This document shows positions 63,437-64,000 of a stretch of 64,000 nt of DNA, in pieces. Both the position numbers and the translations under genes were made by a program. The stretch comes from Amoebidium appalachense (Eukaryota; Protista; Ichthyosporea). Each line of letters starts with the position of its first letter. Positions within the stretch are counted from its first letter, which is position 1. A model generated the notes under the pieces. That model made no database searches. It was not told the origin of the DNA and worked only from the letters and a program-made list of their open reading frames with translations. Where the stretch lies: contig CAVNZM010000005.1 in the NCBI GenBank assembly GCA_963693365.1, forward strand, positions 5,587,167-5,651,166. The letters are read 5' to 3'.

Positions 63437-63622
63437 AGTCGTATATACGCGGGCTAAGGGGCCGAAACTCAGACGCAATTGATGACTTGGGCCCTCCCTG
63501 AGGATGGGCTCTGCTTATGACGCATACTGTGCGCATGGCTATGTTGCATACTTGAATGTTTGCCTTTGCATGTGTCCTTCGTGTATGCGTGCTTCGTACC
63601 GTGTTCCGCATTCAAATCCCCC
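63437..63622 (+). mobile_element. Dispersed short repeat copy (subfamily 2)
   Basis: AGTCGTATATACGCGGGCTAAGGGG.CGAAACTCAGACGCAATTGATGACTTGGGCCCTCCCTGAGGATGGGCTCTGC.. Confidence 0.7.
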
Positions 63623-63872
63623 CAGTCTTCTTTCAGAGGTGTCCTTTCAGGACAGACCACTGTGTGGAGACCGCATTACCTCCATGCAACCGGGCATGGT
63701 TGCTCTGTGTCGTGCATCTGTAAGCACATATGCATTTTTCGCTGCACTGCATTAGTTTGCACACACATATTCACCGTTTTGCTCACCTTGCTTGCATAAG
63801 CAACCCTGCTCGTCTTTGATCAAGACGGGTTGACCCTCCCAAGTTCAGTTGATGCTGCTGTTTGAGTTGGAG

Positions 63873-64000
63873 AGTCGTATATACGCGGGCTAAGGGGTCG
63901 AAACTCAGACGCAATTGATGACTTGGGCCCTCCCTGAGGATGGGCTCTGCTTATGACGCATACTGTGCACATGGCTATGTTGCATACTTGAATGTTTGCC
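63873..64000 (+). mobile_element. Dispersed short repeat copy (subfamily 2), direct repeat of 63437-63565, runs off window
   Basis: Differs from the 63437 copy at only about 2 positions over about 128 bp. Confidence 0.7.

Overview
Intron-rich eukaryotic DNA. The inferred source is a unicellular opisthokont such as an ichthyosporean-like holozoan, but this cannot be proven from the window. Introns are packed with strand-asymmetric poly-C, (CA)n and (CT)n tracts, so most ORFs in the supplied track are repeat artefacts. Manual splicing gives six genes. (1) A 5'-truncated + strand gene of about 26 exons (308-19986) encoding a ZZ-type Zn finger, a GATA-like Zn finger, a prokaryote-like amino-(N6A/N4C) DNA methyltransferase (NFLGRGT / SHPPY), a YERRRQ-NIARN helix and a degenerate second MTase-like domain. 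(2) A - strand protein-tyrosine/lipid phosphatase (HCSHGKDRTG). (3) A + strand C2-domain/OTU deubiquitinase. (4) An intronless - strand GATA factor. (5) A - strand BPNT1 with two GC-AG introns. (6) A 3'-truncated + strand secreted, bacterial-type acetyl-xylan-esterase-like hydrolase. The window also holds a dispersed ~150-180 bp repeat whose intronic copies all lie sense to the host gene, several minisatellites (some built from splice sites), and homopolymer-associated frameshifts that are probably sequencing errors.
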